Source: Gaiellales bacterium (GTDB lineage: Bacteria > Actinomycetota > Thermoleophilia > Gaiellales > JAICJC01). From it: a stretch of DNA of 64,000 bases. Made by a program: the position numbers and the translations under genes. Below, piece after piece: positions 44,499 to 52,919 of this stretch; within the stretch, counting starts at the first letter, position 1; each line of letters starts with the position of its first letter. Below the pieces are notes generated by a model. That model was not told the DNA's origin and did not search any database. It saw nothing but the letters and a program-made list of their open reading frames with translations. The stretch is from NCBI GenBank assembly GCA_033856675.1, contig JAWVEN010000004.1, forward strand, positions 93,532 to 157,531, read 5' to 3'.

Positions 44499-45582
44499 CG
44501 CTGCGCCCTGGCGGCCCGTACGGGGGCCTGCCGCACAGCGCACGCACCTGCGCCGCCACGCGCGGCAGCGCATCCAGGCCCATCGGCCGCTCGAGGTCGT
44601 AAACCGGCACGCGTTCGGCCAGCTCGCCGAGCTGCTCGAACGTGCGGAGGTCGTCAGCGCCTCCGGGGATCCGGAAGGTGAGGGGCCAGATGTCGCGCAG
44701 CGCGGGGCCTGCCGGCCACGCCCGCACGGCGTCGCGGCCCTCGCGCAGCAGGACGATCGCCGCGACCCGCACCGGGCCGGCGTCGCCTCGGGTGTGCTCG
44801 TCGATCTCGAGGTAGGCGTGCTGCCCGTGCCGGCCGACGAGGCGCATCCCGCGCGGGACGGCGCCGGTGTCTGCCGCCGGCCGGCGCACCACCGCCGGGC
44901 CGGGGAGCACGACGACCTCGTCCTCGAACCGGATCCGGGTGATGTCCTGCGTCAGCACACGGCAGCCCGCCTCGTGCATCGCCAGCGTGAGCGCCGTCTT
45001 GCCGAACCCTCCCGGCGCGGCCAGGATCACCGCGCGGTCGCCGTCGGCCACCGCGGCTGCGTGCAGTGACAGGTCGCCCAGGCGGGTGAACGCGAGCATC
45101 GCAGGGACGCCCCAGAGGTGCACCTCCCGAGCGATCGGATCAGCGTCCCGCGGCACCTCGATGGTGCGATCGAACGGCGCGATCCGGTACCACCCGAGAC
45201 CCTCGGCGAAGAAGTCGAAGATCACCTTGCCGCCGTAGAGCTTGCCGGCGACCCCGGTCTGCTCCGGCCATTGGAGCAGGTGCGGCTCGGCATGCACCGG
45301 TGCGCCGCCGCGCAGCTCGACGACCTCGATCACGTCGCGGCTTGCGCCGTCCCGGGTGAAGCGCAGGTCGAACGACGCGAGCGCCGAGAACCCGAAGCAG
45401 CTGCGCGACAGGTCGCTCGCTTCGCTGCTGACGAGGCGCTGCGGATGGGAGCGGCTGGCGATGTGGTCACCGAACACTGGTGCGATGTTCGCCCGAACGT
45501 GGATTTCACCTTCGGGCGCCCGCGCGAGGCCTCCACGTGGCCTCCACGTGGCCTCCGCGGCATGTCCGATTCTGGCTTCCAT
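44482..45582 (-). CDS. HPr-kinase-C-terminal-like P-loop protein (HprK-related kinase family)
   Basis: Central LHAAAVADGDRAVILAAPGGFGKTALTLAMHEAG resembles the HprK_C catalytic core and P-loop. The rest is unassignable. The 3' end overlaps the convergent NHL gene by 17 nt. Confidence 0.45.
   Translation of the reverse strand: MEARIGHAAEATWRPRGGLARAPEGEIHVRANIAPVFGDHIASRSHPQRLVSSEASDLSRSCFGFSALASFDLRFTRDGASRDVIEVVELRGGAPVHAEPHLLQWPEQTGVAGKLYGGKVIFDFFAEGLGWYRIAPFDRTIEVPRDADPIAREVHLWGVPAMLAFTRLGDLSLHAAAVADGDRAVILAAPGGFGKTALTLAMHEAGCRVLTQDITRIRFEDEVVVLPGPAVVRRPAADTGAVPRGMRLVGRHGQHAYLEIDEHTRGDAGPVRVAAIVLLREGRDAVRAWPAGPALRDIWPLTFRIPGGADDLRTFEQLGELAERVPVYDLERPMGLDALPRVAAQVRALCGRPPYGPPGRSVSPSP
45528..45560. 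repeat. 11-bp tandem repeat GGCCTCCACGT x2 plus a degenerate third copy (contains CACGTG palindromes)
   Basis: Read directly: ggcctccacgt ggcctccacgt ggcctccgcgg. It lies within the first ~20 codons of the HprK-like ORF, near the divergent promoter region. Confidence 0.6.
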
Positions 45583-45796
45583 GCCCGCGTTGAGCGAAAG
45601 GTTTCCCGAACTTCGTTCTAAGGGTCACAAGGCAGAGTGCCCGCCGTCCCAAGCCGACAGATTCCGCTCTTAGCGGTTTCTGTCGCAATTTCGAACAGTT
45701 CGCTGGCCGCTGGCTAACAGGCTCCGAACAAGTGGCGGCCAATGTTCGTGCCGGCGAACACCCACGTCCCACCCCGAATCCAGGAGGGGTTTGCCA

Positions 45797-46972
45797 GTGA
45801 CACGTCACGCTCGTCCCACGTTGACCGTCCTTGCCGTCTTGAGCACGGTGTTCGCCATAGTGCTCCTCGGTGCCTCGTCCGGCTCCGCCGCGACGACGAC
45901 CGACAGGGGCATTCCGACCTGGCTGTTCGACGGCAGCGCCACGGTCGTCACCACGGCGGCAAGGGCCCAGGCCGTCGCCAAACGACACGACGTCATCATC
46001 GGCGTGCCGCGCTACGGCACGTTCCTGAAAGACCTGAAAGCTGCGAACCCGGGCATCACGGTTGCCGAGTATCACAAGGGCACCACGGTGAAGGGCGACT
46101 TCGCGTGGGTCCAGAAGAACCATCCCGACTGGCTGCTGCGAAACCAGAGCGGCAACCTGATGAAGAGCTCGTGGGGCGGCTACCTGATCAATCCATCGCT
46201 GCCCGCGGTGCGGCAGTGGCAGGCCGAGTACGCAAAAGCACAGCAGGCCGGGGGCTGGACCGCCGTATACATGGATGCCATGGGGTCGATGGCGTTCTAC
46301 GGCTTCCCGGGTGTCCCGGTGAATCCCGCCACCAAGCGGCCGTTCACCCTCACCGAGTGGCTGGCGGCCACCACCGGGCTGGCCGAAGCGGTCGATGCGG
46401 CTGTCAGCATCCCGGTACTCCTGAACGGCTACAACAGCGGCACGCCGTACGTGAAGAACACCCACGTGCTGGCGAGTGTCGCTCAGGGCGGTGTGTTCGA
46501 GGGCTGCTTCCGCGACGCCACCGACCGCGTCACTGCTTGGCCGTCGATGACCGACTGGACGAACCAGTTGAAGGCGCTCGACGATGTCGACGCCAAGGGC
46601 CGCATGGCGCTCTGCATGACGAAGATGTGGACGGGCGGCACGGCTGCGCAGCTGAACCAGTGGAACGACTTCACGCTGGCCTCCTTCATGCTGGCGAAGG
46701 GGCCCAAGTCGTACTTCATGTTCATGGCGTCGAAGAGTCAGGACGCGATGACGTCGTGGAACGCCAGCCCACCCGCGATCGGCGCGCCGACCGGCGCGCG
46801 GACCCAGCAGGGCAGCGCCTGGGTTCGTCCGTTCGCAAGCGGGATGGTCGCAGTGAACCCGGGCACCGCGTCCGAGACCGTCTCCCTTGGAGGCACCTAC
46901 GTCACGCCGGCCGGCAGGTCCGTCACCAGCGTCACCCTGGGAGCGCACGAGGGAGTGATTCTTACGAGGTAG
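45797..46972 (+). CDS. Secreted hypothetical protein, putative glycoside-hydrolase-like TIM barrel (GH114/GHL15-like), paralog 1
   Basis: GTG 9 nt after AGGAGGGG (alternative TTG at 45791), followed by a signal peptide. Clear paralog of 51649..52857 (shared blocks such as D(A/M)(M/L)G, VLLNG/VLGNG, NP.G...VSLGG.Y). The family assignment is from memory of similar proteins and is not verified. Confidence 0.5.
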   Translation: MTRHARPTLTVLAVLSTVFAIVLLGASSGSAATTTDRGIPTWLFDGSATVVTTAARAQAVAKRHDVIIGVPRYGTFLKDLKAANPGITVAEYHKGTTVKGDFAWVQKNHPDWLLRNQSGNLMKSSWGGYLINPSLPAVRQWQAEYAKAQQAGGWTAVYMDAMGSMAFYGFPGVPVNPATKRPFTLTEWLAATTGLAEAVDAAVSIPVLLNGYNSGTPYVKNTHVLASVAQGGVFEGCFRDATDRVTAWPSMTDWTNQLKALDDVDAKGRMALCMTKMWTGGTAAQLNQWNDFTLASFMLAKGPKSYFMFMASKSQDAMTSWNASPPAIGAPTGARTQQGSAWVRPFASGMVAVNPGTASETVSLGGTYVTPAGRSVTSVTLGAHEGVILTR

Positions 46973-48488
46973 GCCGCCCGCCGGGGACGCGGGCAAGCCG
47001 GGCGACCGGCCTGGGCAGGAACCGGTCGTCTTCGTCGAACGCCCCCGCAGCAATCAGCGCGGCGGCGTAGACGATCGTCGCGCCGGTCGCCCCTACCAGC
47101 AGGGCGACCGGCGCAGGCATACCGTCGAGCAGCAGTCGCAGCCCGGATGCCGCGACGATGAAGGCCGCGAGCGCGCCGAGCACGCGAGGCGTCCAGTCGC
47201 CAAACGGATGCATCTCGAGCACCCGCCAGACCTGCCACACCCGGATGGCGTTCCACGCAATGATCGAGATGCCCCACGCGAGGCCCGCGCCTACCAGGCC
47301 GAACGGCTCGATCAGCGCCAGGCTGAGGGTCAGATTCAGCACCAGCGCGGCCAGGCTGTTCTGAAGCACGAGATCCGAGCGACCGATCATCGTCACGACA
47401 TGGCCGCACGGCCCCGTGGCGGCGCTCACGGTCTGGCCGATGGCCAGCAGCGCCAGCGGCCAGGCGCCGCGCGCGTACGAGTCGTCGTAGAACAGGTGCA
47501 GCACCGGTGTCGCATAAAGCGCGATGAAGATCAGCGCAGGGCAGCCGACCAGCGTCGACCACTTCGTCGCGAAGGAGTACATGCGCCGCAGCCCGGCGTT
47601 GTCGGAGCGGGCGTAGAGCCGTCCGATCTGCGGCTGGAATGCGATGCCGATCGGGAGGATGAACATCATCCCCAGGAGCACGGTCCTGGTGGCGATGGAG
47701 TACACCGCCACGTCGTCCGGCGGCCGCCAGTAGCCCAGCAGCAGGGTGCCCGCCCAGAGCAACCCGACGCCGGCGATCGACGCGCCCCACTGATTCGCGC
47801 TGAATCGCACCAGCTCGGGGATGTCGACTGTGACCGCCTCACGCAGGCGGCCGATCACCGGTCTCGCGGCCACCGCGGCAGCAGCCGTGGTCAGGTACGA
47901 GGCGACGGTGAAGGCGGTCGCGGTGCCGTCGAGACCGGTGCCGAGCGCCATCGCGACGGCGACGAGGGCCACACGCAGCACGCCGTCGGCAACCTGGTCG
48001 ACGACGACGAACGCCCGCATTCGCCCTGTGCCGCGGGTCGCGCCGATCAGCACCATCTGCAGCACCACCGCCGGAAGCGACAGCGCCATGATCTTCAGCA
48101 CCGTCTCGAGGTGCGCCTCACCGAAGGAGGCGGAGACCTGAGGCGCGAGGATGAAGACGACCGCGGTGATCGCGATGGACAGCACACCGGCAAGGAGCAG
48201 GGACACGACGACGGCCGCCCGCGCCTGGTCCATCTCGCCTCGCGCGCGGTGAACGGCGACGTAGCGGATGGCGGTGATGTCGAGCCCAAGGACGGCGAGC
48301 ACCGACAGCAGCCGTACCGCCGCGAACCCCTCGAAGAACACGCCCGCATCCGCGGGCGTGAGCCAGGTCGCGATCAGGAGGACGAGGCCGAACTGCAGCG
48401 CATTGGCAGCGGCCAGCCCGACGAAGTTCACCGCCGAGCGGCGTGCGAGCTTTGCGGTTTCCTGCGTCGCTTCGTGCTCTTCAGACAC
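46962..48488 (-). CDS. wzx: Polysaccharide flippase (Wzx/MOP superfamily)
   Basis: 508 aa with about 14 TM segments and a typical oligosaccharide-flippase hydropathy profile. Sits in a glycan locus directly downstream of a sulfotransferase, with an 8-nt overlap. Confidence 0.75.
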   Translation of the reverse strand: MSEEHEATQETAKLARRSAVNFVGLAAANALQFGLVLLIATWLTPADAGVFFEGFAAVRLLSVLAVLGLDITAIRYVAVHRARGEMDQARAAVVVSLLLAGVLSIAITAVVFILAPQVSASFGEAHLETVLKIMALSLPAVVLQMVLIGATRGTGRMRAFVVVDQVADGVLRVALVAVAMALGTGLDGTATAFTVASYLTTAAAAVAARPVIGRLREAVTVDIPELVRFSANQWGASIAGVGLLWAGTLLLGYWRPPDDVAVYSIATRTVLLGMMFILPIGIAFQPQIGRLYARSDNAGLRRMYSFATKWSTLVGCPALIFIALYATPVLHLFYDDSYARGAWPLALLAIGQTVSAATGPCGHVVTMIGRSDLVLQNSLAALVLNLTLSLALIEPFGLVGAGLAWGISIIAWNAIRVWQVWRVLEMHPFGDWTPRVLGALAAFIVAASGLRLLLDGMPAPVALLVGATGATIVYAAALIAAGAFDEDDRFLPRPVARLARVPGGRPTS

Positions 48489-49401
48489 CGAGTTGCTCGT
48501 CCAGCCGCCTGCTCAGGTCGTCGCAGAGGCGCCGCACCGACGGGTCGATCTCGAGCGGCTCGCGTCGTGCCGGCGGCCGCTGCTCGATGTGCGCGGAGAG
48601 CTCGGGATGGTACGGAAAGTCGAGGAAACGGCAAAGCGCCTGCATCGAGCCCTCAGGATCGCTCAGGAACCGGTCATATGACGCCAGCGCGACATCCTCG
48701 CGTGTGTTCAGGCCGCGCTCGAAGTAGAGCGAGTTGCGGATGTACCAGAACAGTGCGGCCGCCGTCTCCGGCGTCATGGCCGAATAGTCGAAGCTCTCCA
48801 CGAGTGCACGGTTCTCCGCCGACAGCCCACGGGCCTGCCAGCGATGGTCGCCGCGTCCCGAGGCGATCTCGCTCAGCACGTCGAGGTTGTTCGACCCGAA
48901 CTTCGCCAGGGCCGACCGCACCCGGCCGTCGACCGAGCGGTACGCCCAGATCGCGCGGCCGGGACTGGGTGTCCCCAGGTTGTCGAGGATCTCGTCGACG
49001 CGGTGTGAGTCGCAGAGCGGCTTGAACAGGACGTAGCGGTGGCCGCTGTGCGTGATCAGGTTGCGGATCAGCGGGTCGGGCCGCAGTTGGAACCGCTCGA
49101 ATGCGTCGTTGTCGTTCTCGTTGCGCACCTCGAACTCCGGGCTGCGCTCGAGCCCGCGGACGAGCATGTTCGTGCCCGACCGCTGCACCCCGACGACGTA
49201 CACCGGCGCCGCTTTCGGCGCCACGTCGTGCTGCCGGCGCCACTTCCACTTGCGCAGTGAGAGTGCTCCACGCTCCAGCGGGTTCAGTTGATCCTCTTCG
49301 ATCAGGCGGCGGAAGCCCTGCCGTCTGCCCCAGTCCCAGTGGCGCCGCAATCGCATTGCGATCCACCGGGCGCGCGACTCACGTCCGGTCTCGGTTTTCA
49401 T
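48481..49401 (-). CDS. Sulfotransferase family protein
   Basis: PAPS-binding loop (VYVVGVQRSGTNMLVRGL). Start trimmed to the ATG at 49401 (MKTETG...). Confidence 0.7.
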   Translation of the reverse strand: MKTETGRESRARWIAMRLRRHWDWGRRQGFRRLIEEDQLNPLERGALSLRKWKWRRQHDVAPKAAPVYVVGVQRSGTNMLVRGLERSPEFEVRNENDNDAFERFQLRPDPLIRNLITHSGHRYVLFKPLCDSHRVDEILDNLGTPSPGRAIWAYRSVDGRVRSALAKFGSNNLDVLSEIASGRGDHRWQARGLSAENRALVESFDYSAMTPETAAALFWYIRNSLYFERGLNTREDVALASYDRFLSDPEGSMQALCRFLDFPYHPELSAHIEQRPPARREPLEIDPSVRRLCDDLSRRLDEQLGV

Positions 49402-49511
49402 CCGCCGAATGGTTGCAGAACATGGAAATCGGCGTAGGATTGCGTCGTCGAAACCGGGGGCTTCGGCAGAGTTTGGCTTGCCCGGGGGACAGGCGATCAA
49501 GGGGGCACGAA

Positions 49512-51440
49512 ATGCAACGAGTGATGCTCGTTCGCGGCGCACGTAGGCGACTCACGGTTGCGGCGTTGCTGGCCATCGCCGCTCTGGCGGCGGTTCCGTC
49601 GGCAGCGGGCGCTGCCGCGAACTACCAGAAGACGTACGGCTTCAACGGACCGGCGGGGCTCTACGCCTACGGCATGGACTTCGACCCGACGGACAACACT
49701 GTGCTGGTCGGCGACTACTGGAACTACCGGGTCAAACGGTACTCGGCGGCCGGCGCGTTCCAGAGGATCGTCTCGCATACGCGTCCCGGAGGCTCACTCG
49801 GCGGCATCACGGCGCCCTACGACGTCGAGACCGACCTGCGCGACAGGAACTCGGCCGGCGAGGCGTCGTATTGGGTCGCCGATCAGGGCAGCTCGCGGAT
49901 CGTGCAGTTCACGCACAACGGCAAGTGGCTGCAGACGATCGGCGCGGGCGGCGGCGGCAGGGACGCGGATCACCCGGGCGGGAAGTACGCGGTCGGGTGC
50001 GGTGGCGGCAAGATGACGATCCCGACGCACATGTGGGTCTCGCCCAAGACCGGCAGGCTCTACGTGTCCGACCCCCGCTGCAGGGCGGTGTACGTCTTCG
50101 GGCACGGCGGCAAGTTCGTCAGCTCGTTCAACTGGTCGGGCAGCGGCGCCGGCACGCCGATCCCACGCGGCATCGCCGGCGACGGCAACGGCCACATCTA
50201 CGTCGTCGAGCACGCGACTCGTTCCATCTACGTCTTCAACTCCAATGGCACGTTCCGGAGCAAGTTCGCGCGCGTGGACGACATGAACGATCCGCGCGGG
50301 CTCGACGTCGACCCGCGCAGCAAGCGGATCTACGTCGTCAGCGCGATCAAGAACAAGGTCTACCAGTTCAGCACGGGCGGCGCCTTCATCCGCAGCTGGG
50401 GCAGCACCGGCGGAGCGGGCGGCGGCGGTCAGCCATTCGACTCGGTTCGCTTCCCCGCGGTTGACAACAAGGGCAACGTCTACATCGGCGACACCTGGGG
50501 CTACCGGGTCTGGAAGTTCAACAAGGACGGCCAGCCGCTGGGCTGGTCGGAAGGGGCTCAGCCACCTCCGAACGGCGGTTACAACCGCAACAACGGCGTC
50601 GGCGTCTCGCCCGCGGGTGACCTGTTCGTGGTCGACACGTTCGAGCAGCGGGTGCAGAAGTTCGACACCGCCTCGGCGTGCCCCAACAAGGACCAGTGCC
50701 CGGCGTGGATGGCGAAGTTCGGCTCCCGTGAGCCGGCCGGGCTCAACTCGAAGGGCTTCGGCTATCCGCGCGAGCTGATCTTCGCCGACGGCAACGTCTG
50801 GATCGGCGACAACAACAACGCGGTGCTCGTGTGGAGCGCGGCCGGCGGCTTCATCCACCGGTTCGGCTCGCAGGGCTCTGCCCCCGGCCAGTTCAAGGGT
50901 GGCGTGCAAGGGCTCGCGGTGGTCGGCGGAAAGGTCTACACGACCGACATCGCCAATTGCAGGCTGCAGATCTTCGACAAGGCAAAGCTGTTGGCGGCGA
51001 GGAGCATCGAGGACAACCCGAGCGCGCTCCTGCAGCGCTTCGGCAGCTGCGGCTCCGGAGACAAGGAGATGATCTCCCCGCGTGGCATTGCGGTCGCCGA
51101 CACAAGGATCTTCGTCGGCGAGGCCAGCGGACGCATCTCGGTCTGGAACCCGTCAACCGGCGGTCATTCCACATACAAGCCCATGTGTGGCAGCCGCCGG
51201 CTGGGGGCGACGCTGGATCTCGAGTGGAACAACGCCCACACGTGGATCTATGCGGCCGACCTCGGCAACAAGCGGGTCGTGCGCTTCAACGCCGGCATGA
51301 CGATTTGCGAGGGCGTGACCGGCGGTGGCGGCGTCCCGGGTGGCAAGTGGGATGGCCCGCACTATCTGGCGTTCGGGCCGGACGGGAGGCTCTACGTGAG
51401 TGACAACTCCCGTCACGTCTACGCCTTCACAAACGCCTAG
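49512..51440 (+). CDS. Secreted NHL-repeat beta-propeller protein (paralog 2)
   Basis: ATG after AAGGGGG, with signal peptide MQRVMLVRGARRRLTVAALLAIAALAAVPSAAGA. Collinear with 42000..44498 from GLYAYGMD(W/F)DPTDNT to the C-terminus, but lacks the PPC-like domain. Confidence 0.75.
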   Translation: MQRVMLVRGARRRLTVAALLAIAALAAVPSAAGAAANYQKTYGFNGPAGLYAYGMDFDPTDNTVLVGDYWNYRVKRYSAAGAFQRIVSHTRPGGSLGGITAPYDVETDLRDRNSAGEASYWVADQGSSRIVQFTHNGKWLQTIGAGGGGRDADHPGGKYAVGCGGGKMTIPTHMWVSPKTGRLYVSDPRCRAVYVFGHGGKFVSSFNWSGSGAGTPIPRGIAGDGNGHIYVVEHATRSIYVFNSNGTFRSKFARVDDMNDPRGLDVDPRSKRIYVVSAIKNKVYQFSTGGAFIRSWGSTGGAGGGGQPFDSVRFPAVDNKGNVYIGDTWGYRVWKFNKDGQPLGWSEGAQPPPNGGYNRNNGVGVSPAGDLFVVDTFEQRVQKFDTASACPNKDQCPAWMAKFGSREPAGLNSKGFGYPRELIFADGNVWIGDNNNAVLVWSAAGGFIHRFGSQGSAPGQFKGGVQGLAVVGGKVYTTDIANCRLQIFDKAKLLAARSIEDNPSALLQRFGSCGSGDKEMISPRGIAVADTRIFVGEASGRISVWNPSTGGHSTYKPMCGSRRLGATLDLEWNNAHTWIYAADLGNKRVVRFNAGMTICEGVTGGGGVPGGKWDGPHYLAFGPDGRLYVSDNSRHVYAFTNA

Positions 51441-51455
51441 AGGCCAAGAGCCTAC

Positions 51456-51485
51456 GGGGCGCCGGTCGGGTACGGCCGGCGCCCC
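51456..51485 (+). terminator. Intrinsic-terminator-like hairpin after NHL paralog 2
   Basis: GGGGCGCCGGTC-gggtac-GGCCGGCGCCCC (12-bp stem including one G-U pair) starts 16 nt after the stop. It is followed by a moderately T-containing tail. Confidence 0.5.
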
Positions 51486-51648
51486 GGTTCTCTGCCCGTT
51501 TCGCGTCATGGTCGTGCTGTAAGGAAACGGTAAAACTGCGCATCGGTGGTCTAACGCCGAAAGCTCCGCCGCCGATACAGAAGCCCTGGGTCAAGGGGGA
51601 TGGCGGCACCGCTGGGTGTGCCTCCCCCGCAACACACGGGGGGACAAC

Positions 51649-52857
51649 GTGAAACGGCTATTCATTGCCGCTGCTTGCATCATCGCGACCTTGGTCGCGG
51701 TCGGCACAGCGAATGGCAGCGGAACCGTCACGAGCGCGGCGGGGGCCGGGTTCGTGGACAGCTCGGCCGGTGTTCATCTGTGGGCGCCTATGCACACCGC
51801 TCCGCACACCTTCAGGAGCCAGGCGCAGGCCGAGGACGCGGCGAAGAGGTTCGACCTCATCACCGCCAATCCGCGGCAGCTGGGCGGCTACGGCAACGCC
51901 ATGCGGGCGGCGAACCCGTCCATGAAGCTGTTCGTGTATTTGAACGGCACCTATCTTTACAAGCGGCTCGTCGGCACGCTGCCGGACGCGCTTCTGTCAC
52001 ACGATGCCCGCGGCGCGATCATCCGGTCGCGTGGCTACGGCAACGTGCTGGCCAACCCGGCCAGCCCGGGGTGGGTCACCTATGTCCAGGGCGAGTGCGC
52101 GAAGCTGCTGCTCGGGAGCCCGTTCGACGGGTGCTTTCTCGACATGCTCGGCACTGGCCCGCTGTTTCCGGGCTACGGGACGGGGCTTCCGATCAATCCT
52201 GCGACCGGGAAGGTCTGGACGAAGCGGGACTGGCTGACGACCACAGCGGCGCTTGCCGCCAAGGTCGCAGCGTCCACTGGCAAGCCGGTGCTCGGCAACG
52301 GCCTCGGCAGTGGCCCGCGGTACTTCAACGCCGACGGTCCCGCGAGCCTGTTGCTGAACGGGGCGACCGGTGCGACGGCGGAGGCCTGGGTGCGGCCGGC
52401 TGGTGCGCCGCTCAGCTGGCACCAGAAGGCCTCGGCCTGGCAGCAGGAGGTCGACATGCTGAGTCATGCCCACTCGGTGGGCGGCCTCGCGCTCACGATC
52501 ACCAAGACGTGGACCGCCGGCAGCGTCGCCCAGAAGGCGAATGCCCGCAAGTTCGCCCTGGCGACGTTCCTGCTTGGGAACAACGGCAGCTCGTACTTCT
52601 ACTTCACGGCGAACCCGACCGATCCGGCCACGCTCGGCGACCCGCTGTACGACCTGCCGATCGGCTCACCGACCGGGCCGTACACAGTGAGTACGGGTGT
52701 CTACGAACGTGCCTTCACGAACGGGAAGGTGGTTGTGAACCCGACCGGCGCGCCGGTGACGGTGTCGCTCGGCGGAGCGTACGTGCGGTCTGGTGGGACA
52801 GCGGCCACGTCTGCGAACCTCGGTCCCTACGAAGCGGAGATCTTCACGGCCTCGTAG
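51649..52857 (+). CDS. Secreted hypothetical protein, putative glycoside-hydrolase-like TIM barrel, paralog 2
   Basis: GTG after GGGGGGA gives a classic signal peptide (MKRLFIAAACIIATLVAVGTANG). An alternative GTG lies at 51616. Paralogous to 45797..46972. Confidence 0.5.
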   Translation: MKRLFIAAACIIATLVAVGTANGSGTVTSAAGAGFVDSSAGVHLWAPMHTAPHTFRSQAQAEDAAKRFDLITANPRQLGGYGNAMRAANPSMKLFVYLNGTYLYKRLVGTLPDALLSHDARGAIIRSRGYGNVLANPASPGWVTYVQGECAKLLLGSPFDGCFLDMLGTGPLFPGYGTGLPINPATGKVWTKRDWLTTTAALAAKVAASTGKPVLGNGLGSGPRYFNADGPASLLLNGATGATAEAWVRPAGAPLSWHQKASAWQQEVDMLSHAHSVGGLALTITKTWTAGSVAQKANARKFALATFLLGNNGSSYFYFTANPTDPATLGDPLYDLPIGSPTGPYTVSTGVYERAFTNGKVVVNPTGAPVTVSLGGAYVRSGGTAATSANLGPYEAEIFTAS

Positions 52858-52919
52858 ACAGAAGCGAGATCACACAACGACGCCGCCTCTTCCCGTGAGG
52901 CAGAACTGGTGGTACCTTC

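Noticed and set aside
40810-49025. Several long alternate-frame ORFs in the glycan locus (40810..42045 -, 41649..43058 -, 45506..47053 -, 45742..47070 +, 47208..49025 +, 46897..47790 -)
   Set aside because: All overlap genes with clear family motifs or paralog support on the other frame or strand, and they have Arg/Pro/Gly-dominated composition.
44482-49401. HprK-like kinase plus sulfotransferase interpreted as a lasso-peptide/RiPP tailoring cluster
   Set aside because: There is no asparagine-synthetase-like cyclase, no PqqD/B1 or transglutaminase-like protease, no ABC exporter and no convincing precursor peptide ORF. The surrounding genes are all glycan-related.
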